A DNA stretch of 64,000 nucleotides from an uncultured Candidatus Peribacteria bacterium (GTDB taxonomy: Bacteria > Patescibacteriota > Gracilibacteria > Peribacterales > Peribacteraceae): positions 144,063-208,062 of the forward strand of contig CAZHLW010000001.1 in the NCBI GenBank assembly GCA_964533375.1, in the 5' to 3' direction. This document shows, one piece after another, positions 44,121 through 52,557 of this stretch (position 1 is its first letter; each line of letters opens with the position of its first letter). A program made the position numbers and the translations under genes. The notes beneath the pieces were generated by a model, which saw only the letters and a program-made list of their open reading frames with translations, ran no database searches and had not been told where the DNA came from.

Positions 44121-44975
44121 ATGGCTTTCTTTCTCTATATCCTGACGATTACGGCCACATCCGTTCCGAATATCCTCGGATACAATCTGGTATTCGGAAA
44201 AGGAAAAATGTTCCACTTCGGACCGATGGCCGGTTCGCTTGTTGCGGCGTATGTCACCTTTGTGGTGCAGGGCATGACCCAGAGTTACGGTATCGGGTTA
44301 CTGGCCGGTCTGGCAGCCACACTGCTTCTGTGTACATTTCTGGCGTGGGCAGCGCAGCGTATGGAGGAAGACGGATTTGGCGTGCTCACGATTGCCCTGC
44401 ATCTGTCGCTTCTGGCAGTGGTGCTGAACTGGCGCGATGTCACACGTGGTGCGCTGGGCATTCCCAAAATTCCGCGCATGCCGTTTCTGGAAACGAATCT
44501 TTCCTTCACAGTGGCAGCGGTCACCATCGCTCTGCTGTGGGTGCTGTTTTTGTGGCTTCTGGATCGCGGACCATTTGGTCGTGCGCTGAAGGCACTGGGG
44601 GAATATCCGCTTCCCGCACAGTCGATCGGCATCCGGAAGTTCCGCGTACAACTCATCGCATTTCTCATCAGTGGTGTCGGTGCCCTTCTGACCAATGTCC
44701 TCTTTACCCAGTACATTGCCATACTGCATCCGAGTGATTTCAGCTTCCATTACTTTATTTTCGTCATCATGGTGGTGGTCGCCGGTGGACCCGGCAATGT
44801 GCTCGGGGTGTTTGGAGCCATCATCCTTTTTACACTGATCCGCGAAGGCATCCGGTTCCTGCCTATTGCCCCGTCTTTCATCGGGCCGGTGCGATTGATT
44901 GTCTTTGGATTGATTCTGTACGCGGCAGTGTGGCTGCGGCGCGATACACTGTTTCCCGCAAAACGGTCGGTGTAA
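44121..44975 (+). CDS. Branched-chain amino acid ABC permease (LivM-like)
   Basis: Begins 1 nt after the LivH-like stop. GYNLVFGKGKMFHFG, and a polytopic topology. Confidence 0.85.
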   Translation: MAFFLYILTITATSVPNILGYNLVFGKGKMFHFGPMAGSLVAAYVTFVVQGMTQSYGIGLLAGLAATLLLCTFLAWAAQRMEEDGFGVLTIALHLSLLAVVLNWRDVTRGALGIPKIPRMPFLETNLSFTVAAVTIALLWVLFLWLLDRGPFGRALKALGEYPLPAQSIGIRKFRVQLIAFLISGVGALLTNVLFTQYIAILHPSDFSFHYFIFVIMVVVAGGPGNVLGVFGAIILFTLIREGIRFLPIAPSFIGPVRLIVFGLILYAAVWLRRDTLFPAKRSV

Positions 44976-44979
44976 CCCC

Positions 44980-45007
44980 TAGAAGCTGAAAGCTAAAAGC
45001 TATAAGC
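44980..45007. repeat. Heptamer array TAGAAGC TGAAAGC TAAAAGC TATAAGC
   Basis: Four exact-period 7-mers with a constant T..AAGC frame and a variable dinucleotide. They fill the livM-pyrD spacer. Confidence 0.85.
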
Positions 45008-45015
45008 TAACGTCA

Positions 45016-45957
45016 ATGAACCTCTCCCAAACCATCCTCGGTGTCGACTTCTCAAACCCGACCGTCCTTGCGTCGGGGATTATGGGAATCACATCGTCCA
45101 GCTGGAAGTACTGTGCGGAGAACGGGGCCGGAGGCATCACCACAAAGTCCCTTTGGCTTCACGAACACAAAGGTCACAAGAATCCCACCATCATCTCCAC
45201 GGATTACTGGACGCTGAATGCTGTCGGCGTACCCGATGCCGGGCCGGAAAAGGCGACGGAAGAGATTGGTGCGTATAACAAAGACAAGCCCGTGCCGCTC
45301 ATCGGCAATATCATTGCAGAATCCGTCGAGAATTATGCCAAGACTGCGGAAGCGATTCTTCCCTTGGGAGTCGATTTTCTGGAGGTAAACATCAGCTGCC
45401 CTAATATTGAAGATGAATTCGGTCGTCCGTTTGCGTGTTCGGCTGCCGATGCATCGAGCGTCACAAAAGCAGTGAAGAAGGTTTCCAGGAAGACGCCGGT
45501 CTTCATCAAATTGTCTCCCAACGTCGAGAACATTGGTGCGATTGCTCTGGCCTGTGCAGAGGCCGGTGCTGATGGATTTACCGTCATCAACACCGTCGGT
45601 CCGGGTATGGCCATCGACCTCCGCAGCCGCATGCCGATTCTGGCAAACAGGACAGGAGGCATGTCGGGGCGTGCTATCAAGCCAATCGCTGTTCGTTGTA
45701 CGGCGGATGTGTACGCTGCAACCGAGGGCAAATTGCCGATCATCGGAACAGGCGGCGTGTACACCGGAGAAGATGCACTCGAACTGATGCTGGCCGGTGC
45801 CTCGCTGATTGGCGTTGGTACGGCGCTTGGTGAACGCGGGATTGATGTCTTCCAGAAGATCTGCGACGAAATGCAGCTCTGGTGCACGAATGAAGGAGTG
45901 TGGGAAATTGCCGATATGGTCGGTGGTATGCACAAGCAACTTTCTTCCCGTTCGTAA
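45016..45957 (+). CDS. pyrD: Dihydroorotate dehydrogenase, class 1B catalytic subunit
   Basis: FSNPTVLASG, ITTKS, NISCPN, LSPN, NTVGPGM, GGMSGRAIKPIA, GTGGV. Confidence 0.9.
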   Translation: MNLSQTILGVDFSNPTVLASGIMGITSSSWKYCAENGAGGITTKSLWLHEHKGHKNPTIISTDYWTLNAVGVPDAGPEKATEEIGAYNKDKPVPLIGNIIAESVENYAKTAEAILPLGVDFLEVNISCPNIEDEFGRPFACSAADASSVTKAVKKVSRKTPVFIKLSPNVENIGAIALACAEAGADGFTVINTVGPGMAIDLRSRMPILANRTGGMSGRAIKPIAVRCTADVYAATEGKLPIIGTGGVYTGEDALELMLAGASLIGVGTALGERGIDVFQKICDEMQLWCTNEGVWEIADMVGGMHKQLSSRS

Positions 45958-45960
45958 TCC

Positions 45961-46821
45961 ATGGCTATCCAGCTTCAATCACAGTTACCGCGAACCTATC
46001 GCATCAAAGACATCAAGCAGGAAACAGAGATGGTGCGGACCTATACGTTCGATGGATCGCTCGGGGCAAAGCCGGGACAGTTTGTGATGGTGTGGCTGCC
46101 CGGAGTCGACGAAAACCCGATGAGCGTTGCGTACGATGACGGTGCAGAAACGAAGATCACGTTCTTTGCCGTCGGTGATATGTCGGAGGAGCTGGCAAAA
46201 TGTCAGGTAGGGGATTTGGTGGGTCTGCGCGGGCCGTTTGGGACGTCGTATGAGTGGAAGCCCGGACAGCACATTGTGCTCGTTGCAGGAGGCTACGGCG
46301 CTGCTCCCATGTACTTCATTGCAGCAAGTACCGTTGGTCACGGTTGTACGCTCGAAGTCATTGTCGGTGCCCGTGGCAAAGAGCATCTCCTGTACCTCGA
46401 CGAGTTCGAAAAGCTTCCGCATGTTTCCCTGCACATCGCTACCAATGACGGATCGGTTGGCTTTAAGGGATTCAACACCGAAGTGCTCGAAAAGTTGCTC
46501 GCAAGCTGCCCGATTCCAAAGAAAGGTGCAAAGAAGAAAGGGGAGGACTGCGATCCTGTCGACCAGGTCTTTGCCTGTGGTCCGGAAATGATGCTCAAGC
46601 GCGTGTCGGAAATCGCAGCGGCGCACAATGTCCCGGCGCAGCTCTCGATGGAACGTTACATGAAGTGCGGCTTCGGGCTCTGTGGAAACTGCGTGATCGA
46701 TCCACTGGGGATTCGGATGTGTACGGAGGGGCCTGTCGTCAAAAATGAAGTTCTACTCAAGCTGGAAGAGTTCGGGAAATATCACCGGGATGATTTGGGC
46801 AAGAAACATGATTTTGCTTAA
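45961..46821 (+). CDS. pyrK: Dihydroorotate dehydrogenase electron-transfer subunit
   Basis: FAD/NAD-binding pattern (GQFVMVWLPGVDENPMS, LVAGGYGAAPM) and a C-terminal 2Fe-2S motif (CGFGLCGNC). Confidence 0.88.
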   Translation: MAIQLQSQLPRTYRIKDIKQETEMVRTYTFDGSLGAKPGQFVMVWLPGVDENPMSVAYDDGAETKITFFAVGDMSEELAKCQVGDLVGLRGPFGTSYEWKPGQHIVLVAGGYGAAPMYFIAASTVGHGCTLEVIVGARGKEHLLYLDEFEKLPHVSLHIATNDGSVGFKGFNTEVLEKLLASCPIPKKGAKKKGEDCDPVDQVFACGPEMMLKRVSEIAAAHNVPAQLSMERYMKCGFGLCGNCVIDPLGIRMCTEGPVVKNEVLLKLEEFGKYHRDDLGKKHDFA

Positions 46822-46827
46822 CTCTAT

Positions 46828-46899
46828 CAGTAGGCAATAGGCTGTAGGCGGTAGGATTCCTGGAGACGGTTTTCTTATAGCCTAACGCCTATTGCCTAA
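46828..46899. repeat. Heptamer-array hairpin after pyrK
   Basis: CAGTAGG CAATAGG CTGTAGG CGGTAGG ... CCTAACG CCTATTG CCTAA. A perfect 12-bp pairing (TAGGCAATAGGC 46831-46842 with GCCTATTGCCTA 46887-46898). Confidence 0.85.
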
Positions 46900-47048
46900 T
46901 TATCACTCGTCAAGTCAGAGTGATAGACATCAAGGAAGATTTGAGTATACTGAGCATGTTATTTCTTTCTCCCATCTTATGACATTGAAGATTGGAGGTG
47001 ACGGCTGCAGCGATGGCTGCTCTTGCTAAGCTCACCTAAAGAAAGAAG

Positions 47049-47073
47049 CACCTCTGAAAGGGGGTGTTTTTTT
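47049..47073. terminator. Hairpin with flanking T/A runs (terminator for the minus-strand gene at 47076)
   Basis: Stem CACCTC / GGGGTG (one G-U pair) and T7 on the plus strand. On the minus strand it is followed by a T-rich tract. Confidence 0.5.
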
Positions 47074-47075
47074 CG

Positions 47076-47414
47076 TTAACGTGAAATTTTCATCTCAATC
47101 CAGAACCACTGTGGAGAGTGCAGGGTCTTCCGTGGTACAACTCGGATTGGCACCGTTCGCTCATCGTGGGCCATCAAAAGAGCGTGGAGACAGAACCCAA
47201 GGAGAATCAGGAGCAGGCCGACAATCAGTTCGCTGGCGGCAGAGACTTTCTCTGTTACCTCCATAATCGCTTCCGCCGGAGCGGCTGCGTGGACCATCAG
47301 CTGGGCGCCACCGCCAGTCAGATCTGCTTTTACAAACGACAGACTTTTGCCAATAGTCAGGGCGCTTCCTGTTACAAGTGCCACTGCGGCACAAAGGCGA
47401 TAGATGATGTGCAT
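47076..47414 (-). CDS. Hypothetical small membrane protein
   Basis: Signal-like N-terminus MHIIYRLCAAVALVTGSALTIG and one further TM segment (LIVGLLLILLGFCLHALLM). Confidence 0.45.
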   Translation of the reverse strand: MHIIYRLCAAVALVTGSALTIGKSLSFVKADLTGGGAQLMVHAAAPAEAIMEVTEKVSAASELIVGLLLILLGFCLHALLMAHDERTVPIRVVPRKTLHSPQWFWIEMKISR

Positions 47415-47422
47415 ATGGATAT

Positions 47423-47450
47423 TTGACAGAAACAATAAATATTATATATT
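47423..47450 (+). promoter_or_regulatory. Candidate sigma-70-type promoter upstream of tRNA-Glu
   Basis: TTGACA (47423-47428), a 16-nt spacer, then TATATT (47445-47450), about 77 nt upstream of the tRNA. Confidence 0.4.
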
Positions 47451-47527
47451 AATTTACTGGAAAAGACAACCTCGCTTTCGTATACTGCGCAGGCTCCCAC
47501 AAAGAAGAGCGGTTCTTTTCCCATCAC

Positions 47528-47602
47528 GGCCCCATCGTCTAACGGCTAGGACACAGGATTTTCATTCCTGCAATCGGAGTTCGATTCTCCGTGGGGCTGC
47601 CA
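47528..47602 (+). tRNA. tRNA-Glu (anticodon UUC), CCA encoded
   Basis: Folds as a cloverleaf by hand: acceptor GGCCCCA/TGGGGCT (G1-U72), anticodon stem CAGGA/TCCTG with loop TTTTCAT, T-arm CGGAG-TTCGATT-CTCCG, discriminator G + CCA. Confidence 0.88.
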
Positions 47603-49189
47603 TAGTGAAAAATCAACTTCGGAAAGGCTATGTTCTGGCTTAGGAATCACGAAGGATCGAAGTTCGATCCGCTCTGATTTCTGCTTCATCGCTTCCAAGC
47701 CTTCCTGGATCTTCAAGAACGGGAATCTGGCTTCACACTGCACTATTCCGTCTTTCATCGTCCAGTTCGAGCCAATAGCCATGAGGATAACCTTCTGTGT
47801 ATCCACGCTGCCTTTGTCGAAGCATTTCAAGGCGTTGCAAGAGAACTCAAATGTTTTGATAGTCCTATCAATCGCAGTGTCAGCATTCAGCTCGTTATCA
47901 TCGAGGAGCCTTTTGGCATGGTCTCTCTCTTTGGTCAGCGAGTTCTTTTGCACTTTGAATTCATCCTCGCTGATTACTGAGCGGTCTATGTTATCGACAG
48001 CCACATAGAGCTTCACAAGGTTTTGAATCGCCGCCATTGCATTGTCGTACTTGCGACGAAACTCTACCAATTGTTTCTTCTGCCCCTTTTTGTCCATCTC
48101 ATGCACCCGTTCCATCTTATCTTTCAGCCAAACTAACAACCTTTCGGAGATGGTAATCGCTTCGATGTACCTTCTAAGCTGAGGTGTCAGTTCGTCTTTA
48201 TTCAGCTGCACCGTCTGGGAACAAGGACCCTTCTTCTTTGTGCAGCGGTAGTAGAGATGCATTCGTACATTCCCGTTCTTGAGCTTCTTACGCTGTACGT
48301 CACAGGTGATCATCGAGCCGCATTCAGCACAGTGGATGAGACCCGTAAATGGAGAATTGTGCTTTCGATTATTCGGTCTTCCGTCCCTCCCAAGAATCAT
48401 CTGAGCTTTCTCGTATTCTGCATATGTGATCATTGCGGGGTGTGTCCCTTTATAAAACTCCTTCTTCCACCAGAAGAAGCCCGCACAAAATGGTGACGAA
48501 AAGATCTTATAAAGGCATCCAAGAGTCACAGGGCGCTCTGGGTACTTATCTGTGGCGCGGAGTGTCATTCCCCAATCATCACGCGCTATACGGTGTATCT
48601 GAGGGACCGAGTATGCGCCCGTGAGCAGAAGCCTCCAGGCTTTCTCCATGTTTTCATATCGAAGCTCATCACTCCCGATGTAGCACCTACCACGTTCACC
48701 TGCATTCACATTGCTGTAACCGAGGGATGCTTTTCCAGGGAACTGCCCGATCTTGCATTTCGTGGTCATGCCTCTTGTGACATCTACTCCCAATTTTTCC
48801 GATTGGTATTTAGATTGGGAGAGGGCAAAACTGAGCATCATTTTGCCCTCTGGCGAGTTGCTGAAAAAATAGGAGCCAAACTGCAAATCCTTCAGTACTT
48901 TTCGATCAAGTGCGTAGATCACTTCTGCTGCATCAATTGGATTACGACTTAAGCGGTCAGGATGCCAAACGATTATCCCATCAGCTTCACCCGCCTCTAT
49001 GCGCGTTAGCATGTCCTTGAACTTGGGGCGGTTGTAGGGCTTGAAGGCACTGCCGTCTTCCGTAATTTCCTCAACGATCTCTAGGTGCTGGAACTTCAAC
49101 AGAAGCTCTTGGCGCTGCGATTGGATCGAAAGCGCCTGTTTCTCTTCGTCGGTGCTTCTGCGGGCATACAGGAAGTATTTATAGGCCAT
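47546..49189 (-). CDS. Large serine recombinase (integrase)
   Basis: YARRSTDEEKQALSIQSQ catalytic Ser region, IIVWHPDRLSRN, recombinase domain, Zn-ribbon (CAECGSMITC...YYRCTKKKGPC) and a coiled-coil C-terminus. ATG at 49189. The last 19 codons lie antisense within the tRNA-Glu gene. Confidence 0.88.
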   Translation of the reverse strand: MAYKYFLYARRSTDEEKQALSIQSQRQELLLKFQHLEIVEEITEDGSAFKPYNRPKFKDMLTRIEAGEADGIIVWHPDRLSRNPIDAAEVIYALDRKVLKDLQFGSYFFSNSPEGKMMLSFALSQSKYQSEKLGVDVTRGMTTKCKIGQFPGKASLGYSNVNAGERGRCYIGSDELRYENMEKAWRLLLTGAYSVPQIHRIARDDWGMTLRATDKYPERPVTLGCLYKIFSSPFCAGFFWWKKEFYKGTHPAMITYAEYEKAQMILGRDGRPNNRKHNSPFTGLIHCAECGSMITCDVQRKKLKNGNVRMHLYYRCTKKKGPCSQTVQLNKDELTPQLRRYIEAITISERLLVWLKDKMERVHEMDKKGQKKQLVEFRRKYDNAMAAIQNLVKLYVAVDNIDRSVISEDEFKVQKNSLTKERDHAKRLLDDNELNADTAIDRTIKTFEFSCNALKCFDKGSVDTQKVILMAIGSNWTMKDGIVQCEARFPFLKIQEGLEAMKQKSERIELRSFVIPKPEHSLSEVDFSLWQPHGESNSDCRNENPVS

Positions 49190-49251
49190 AGGTTTGGGTG
49201 GATTGAGGGATGCCCATAAGTGTGGGCAGTATATAATTAGTTGGCTTAAAA

Positions 49252-49557
49252 TCAACTATCGTTCACGATGAAACAGAAGGTCCTTTGCGCTGGGTGTTCT
49301 GCCATATAGTCCCTAAAAAATTGAACCATTGGCAGCTGTTCTTTAGATCCAAACCACGGCTCACCCTCCAGCACATCCTCTAAGGAAGGAAGCTCTTCTT
49401 GCCCGATGATATAAACGCCACGTTCATGGCGTTCGAGGTTTAGAAAAGCTTCACCGATGCCGCTCTTTTCAAGAACTGAAATCGCGCAGTGAGGAATATG
49501 TAGGATCGATGATCCTATGGGATTACCCCAATTAACATTTGCAGGAAAGATTTTCAT
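49252..49557 (-). CDS. Small protein, paralog 1 of a 4-member tandem family
   Basis: MKIFPANVNWGN...EKSGIGEAFL...PWF...FFRDYMAEHPAQRTFCFIV. Start at 49557. Confidence 0.6.
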   Translation of the reverse strand: MKIFPANVNWGNPIGSSILHIPHCAISVLEKSGIGEAFLNLERHERGVYIIGQEELPSLEDVLEGEPWFGSKEQLPMVQFFRDYMAEHPAQRTFCFIVNDS

Positions 49558-49888
49558 GGGAGTTGGGGGTATCGGAAGTAAAAGCTGTAAAACAGAAGAA
49601 TTCTTGGTTGGGGTGACTCTCCATGTACCCCGTGATGGCTCGAAGAAGCAGTTGGTCATCAGTCGTGCCTTTCCATTCCTCGTCTTCTCCTCCGAGGATT
49701 GCGTGCATCGTTGCTAGGTCCGTTTGGTCATCAACCGTCAGGAAGCACATGAAATTGCATCTGGGCGATTCATAGACAGTTCCAATTCCACTCGCTTCGA
49801 GCCTTTTCAGTGCATCGAAAGTAAGGTGAGGAAGCGGGATGTTCCTGGCGCAACAATTCCAGTTGGGTTGAGCAGGTATAAGGTCCAT
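49532..49888 (-). CDS. Small protein, paralog 2
   Basis: MDLIPAQPNWNC...EASGIGTVYE...EEW...ITGYMESHPNQEFFCFTAF. Overlaps paralog 1 by 26 nt. Confidence 0.6.
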   Translation of the reverse strand: MDLIPAQPNWNCCARNIPLPHLTFDALKRLEASGIGTVYESPRCNFMCFLTVDDQTDLATMHAILGGEDEEWKGTTDDQLLLRAITGYMESHPNQEFFCFTAFTSDTPNSHENLSCKC

Positions 49889-49915
49889 AAAAAAAGAAGG
49901 GAAGAAAATAAGGGT

Positions 49916-50242
49916 TCAGAATTCGTCCGAAGCCAGGAAGCAGTAGTGACCGTCTGGGGTAGGATTTTTCTCGATGTATTCAAGAATGGTCCTCGCAAGT
50001 TTTTTTACCGCTGGAAGATGTTCTTTTGAGACATCGAACCAATGATCACTCTCAAGAGTTTTTAGTAGACCATCTAGGTAATGGCTATCGACGTAGAAAA
50101 ATCCCATGTTGTGGTCGCAAGGATTTAGGTAAACCTCACCACAGGCGTTTTGCGCCAGCTTTATAAGCAGACAGTGAGAATTTTCATCCTCGTACAACGT
50201 AGGGGTGAGGTCCCATTCAAGTTTGGCAGTGCGAAGGTTCAT
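49916..50242 (-). CDS. Small protein, paralog 3
   Basis: ...QNACGEVYLNP...HWFDVSKEHLPAVKKLARTILEYIEKNPTPDGHYCFLA. Confidence 0.6.
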   Translation of the reverse strand: MNLRTAKLEWDLTPTLYEDENSHCLLIKLAQNACGEVYLNPCDHNMGFFYVDSHYLDGLLKTLESDHWFDVSKEHLPAVKKLARTILEYIEKNPTPDGHYCFLASDEF

Positions 50243-50260
50243 AGGGGGTGGGGGAAAGAA

Positions 50261-50554
50261 TTAAGCGAAGAGCATGAACAGGTATTCCTCCTTCGGATGC
50301 GCCGAGGCGTATTCAATAATTTTCTCGATAGCGTTTTGCAAAGCGGGTTCTTCTTTCCAGTTTTTAAGCTCCTCAATTTCATACTTATCGAGCATGAGGA
50401 ATGCGATGGCGGGGTCCTCCTGTCCAATGTCATAGGTTCGGATAAACACCGAGCCAATGCCGCCTTGCGGAAGTCGGTCCATCAGCAGGACAGCATTTTC
50501 ATCCTCGTGCAGAGGATGTTTGTTACCTGATTCGAACGAAGCATGAATTTCCAT
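50261..50554 (-). CDS. Small protein, paralog 4
   Basis: ...PQGGIGSVFIRT...NWKEEPALQNAIEKIIEYASAHPKEEYLFMLFA. Confidence 0.6.
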   Translation of the reverse strand: MEIHASFESGNKHPLHEDENAVLLMDRLPQGGIGSVFIRTYDIGQEDPAIAFLMLDKYEIEELKNWKEEPALQNAIEKIIEYASAHPKEEYLFMLFA

Positions 50555-50604
50555 GTGAGTAGTTGGGAGAAAATGAAGCAGAGTTACACACCGTCAGATA
50601 TGCT

Positions 50605-52557
50605 TTATTCGGTGTTGGAATTAAGCGGTTCTGACCCTGTGTTCCATTTGAAGTGAGAGCGGCATTCTTCCGAGCTGAACCACATGAAGTCTTCCTGGAA
50701 TTGGATACCCTTTTCCGTGGTCAAATCGTCAGGGTCCCATTCCTCACAAATTCCGAGAATTTTCATGGTCTGCATTTCGTGGAGTGCCGTTGGCTTTGAA
50801 ACCTTCAAGACCTTCTCTACCTGTCCTGTAGTAATCTTCCCGCCACGATCAATAAGTGCGTGCAACAGCTCTGCTCGATGCCCAGGGGCAGAATCACAGG
50901 CGAGCAGTACCACGCAGGGCATGTCCTCATCCGTAATGTGTTCCCTCCCAAGAGCAACAGCGTGGCCTCTGGCGAGGTTATAGAGCAGCTGGTTGAGTCG
51001 GTCAGGTTTCTCAATGACGGGAGAGTGGTACACCAATTCTTCGCCCGTATCGTTGCGCTCTCTATCGGTGTTCAATGTCCCACGGAGCTTTGCCAGGAGG
51101 CTCGCACATCGTGCGATGATCATGAGATGGCTTGCCTGATCTTTGGATTTATCCCATGCGATGCCGTCACGGTGCTTTGCCCAGAGTGTTCGCAGCAGGT
51201 CGCCCGTTACTTTACGGCACACCATTTCTTTCTCCTTACAGGCATTGCCCTGCAATTGGCGCACAAGTTCCTCATTCGTCTTTGTCTTCATGTGCAGACC
51301 CAAGAAGAACAGGCGCGGTCCCTGGTTTCCCATGACCTTCCAAACGCGCCGTGGGATTGGCGTTGAGGCTGCAAGAAGCATGAAAAGATAGTCGCCTGTG
51401 CGGGTCCTTTGCCCGTGGACTCCTCCATCCGTTGCAAGCCCCTCCCCATCGAGTACGCGGGTAAGAATTCCCACGTTTGAGATAAGATCCTCCTCTCGCG
51501 CAGAAAACACCGTAGCGAGGTCGCGGATGCAGAACATGCGGTACTTCAGCCGAGGAAGCAGGTCCACCTTCTCCAGGTCTTCGCGCTTCACGTTTGCGGC
51601 ATTCGATACGAAGGATGCGGGACTAAATTTATCCGATGGATACATGAGTTCGGGAAGCCCAGACTCGGCAAAAAAGTTGATCGTGATTGTCTTCCCCGCC
51701 GCTGGCACGTCGATGAGAACGAGAGCGAAGGGATTGGTGATGTCCTTGATAAGCAGCTGTGCAACGGTGCTTAGGGCAATCTCGGAAGCAACAACGAGTT
51801 CCTGAAAATTCTCTCGAATGACATTCCTCCATTCGTTGATTTCCACAGGCTGCTTTGGAGCAGTTAGAAGTGCTACCCGTGGTCGGGTGTCGTTTACATC
51901 TTTATTTTTGTCACCCGCCTGTGGCACTTTTTTGGCGAGAGATAATAGCTCGATTTTGAAGTCTTTCGACTCTTTTTTGCAGTAGCGAGCAAAGTCCGTG
52001 ATGTCACCTCCATCGCCAAGTACTTCGGGTAATTCAATTCTGAAAAGCTCAATATCAGATCTCTTTTTTTCGAAAAGTCGTACTGTCTTATCTGCTCCCT
52101 TCTTGCCAGCTTCATCGAGGTCAAAACAAACAGTGACTTTAATTCCTTTTGGGAAGAGCTTGAGCCATTCTTCTTTGAAAGTTCCAGCGCCTCCCGTGGA
52201 GCAAATTGCTTCTATTCCATTACCGATAAGCACGAGTGCATCTGGTTCGCCTTCACAGAGAATAATGTCCGTTGCATCGCCCAAGTAAGGGAGTGGATAC
52301 AGTGTGGCGGGACTACCCTTGGGTTGTACCAGATATTTGGGCTGAGTCTCTTTGCCGTTTGTCGGCCTCTTCAGTTTATAAAAAAGCGTTTTGCCCTCTG
52401 CATCAAGGATGGGGATCACAACCCATTTGTTCTGCGCGTGGATAGTCCATGCGATGCCCTGGCTCTCCAGGATGTCCTTGGACACGCATCGTTCCTCAAG
52501 CCAGTACTTGAGTTCGCCAGAGGGCAACGGCTGCAACTTGAGGGGTTTCTGGGTCAT
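50605..52557 (-). CDS. Toprim-domain primase fused to a P-loop (deviant Walker A) helicase-like domain
   Basis: Toprim: IILCEGEPDALVL ... CFDLDEAGKKGA ... GGDITDF. P-loop-like: LIDVPAAGKTIT. The start at 52557 forms an ATGA overlap with the upstream ORF's stop. Confidence 0.75.
   Translation of the reverse strand: MTQKPLKLQPLPSGELKYWLEERCVSKDILESQGIAWTIHAQNKWVVIPILDAEGKTLFYKLKRPTNGKETQPKYLVQPKGSPATLYPLPYLGDATDIILCEGEPDALVLIGNGIEAICSTGGAGTFKEEWLKLFPKGIKVTVCFDLDEAGKKGADKTVRLFEKKRSDIELFRIELPEVLGDGGDITDFARYCKKESKDFKIELLSLAKKVPQAGDKNKDVNDTRPRVALLTAPKQPVEINEWRNVIRENFQELVVASEIALSTVAQLLIKDITNPFALVLIDVPAAGKTITINFFAESGLPELMYPSDKFSPASFVSNAANVKREDLEKVDLLPRLKYRMFCIRDLATVFSAREEDLISNVGILTRVLDGEGLATDGGVHGQRTRTGDYLFMLLAASTPIPRRVWKVMGNQGPRLFFLGLHMKTKTNEELVRQLQGNACKEKEMVCRKVTGDLLRTLWAKHRDGIAWDKSKDQASHLMIIARCASLLAKLRGTLNTDRERNDTGEELVYHSPVIEKPDRLNQLLYNLARGHAVALGREHITDEDMPCVVLLACDSAPGHRAELLHALIDRGGKITTGQVEKVLKVSKPTALHEMQTMKILGICEEWDPDDLTTEKGIQFQEDFMWFSSEECRSHFKWNTGSEPLNSNTE

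Noticed and set aside
41226-44975. The Liv-type ABC importer has only one ATPase gene instead of the usual LivG + LivF pair
   Set aside because: Homodimeric single-ATPase variants are plausible, and a second ATPase could be encoded elsewhere. There is not enough evidence to call it unusual.
44980-45007. Whether the periodic 6-7-nt arrays (also at 7074, 22284, 41955 and 46828) could be CRISPR arrays or minisatellites
   Set aside because: The units are only 6-7 nt with no spacers, each array is under 40 nt, and no cas genes are present. They are not CRISPR, and I report them as a separate repeat class instead.
46979-47029. 16-codon Cys-rich mini-ORF (MTLKIGGDGCSDGCSC) upstream of a hairpin/T-run: a possible leader peptide or RiPP-like precursor
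   Set aside because: It has no convincing ribosome-binding site and no partner modification genes. The hairpin is better explained as the terminator of the convergent minus-strand gene at 47076. The ORF is too short to distinguish from chance.
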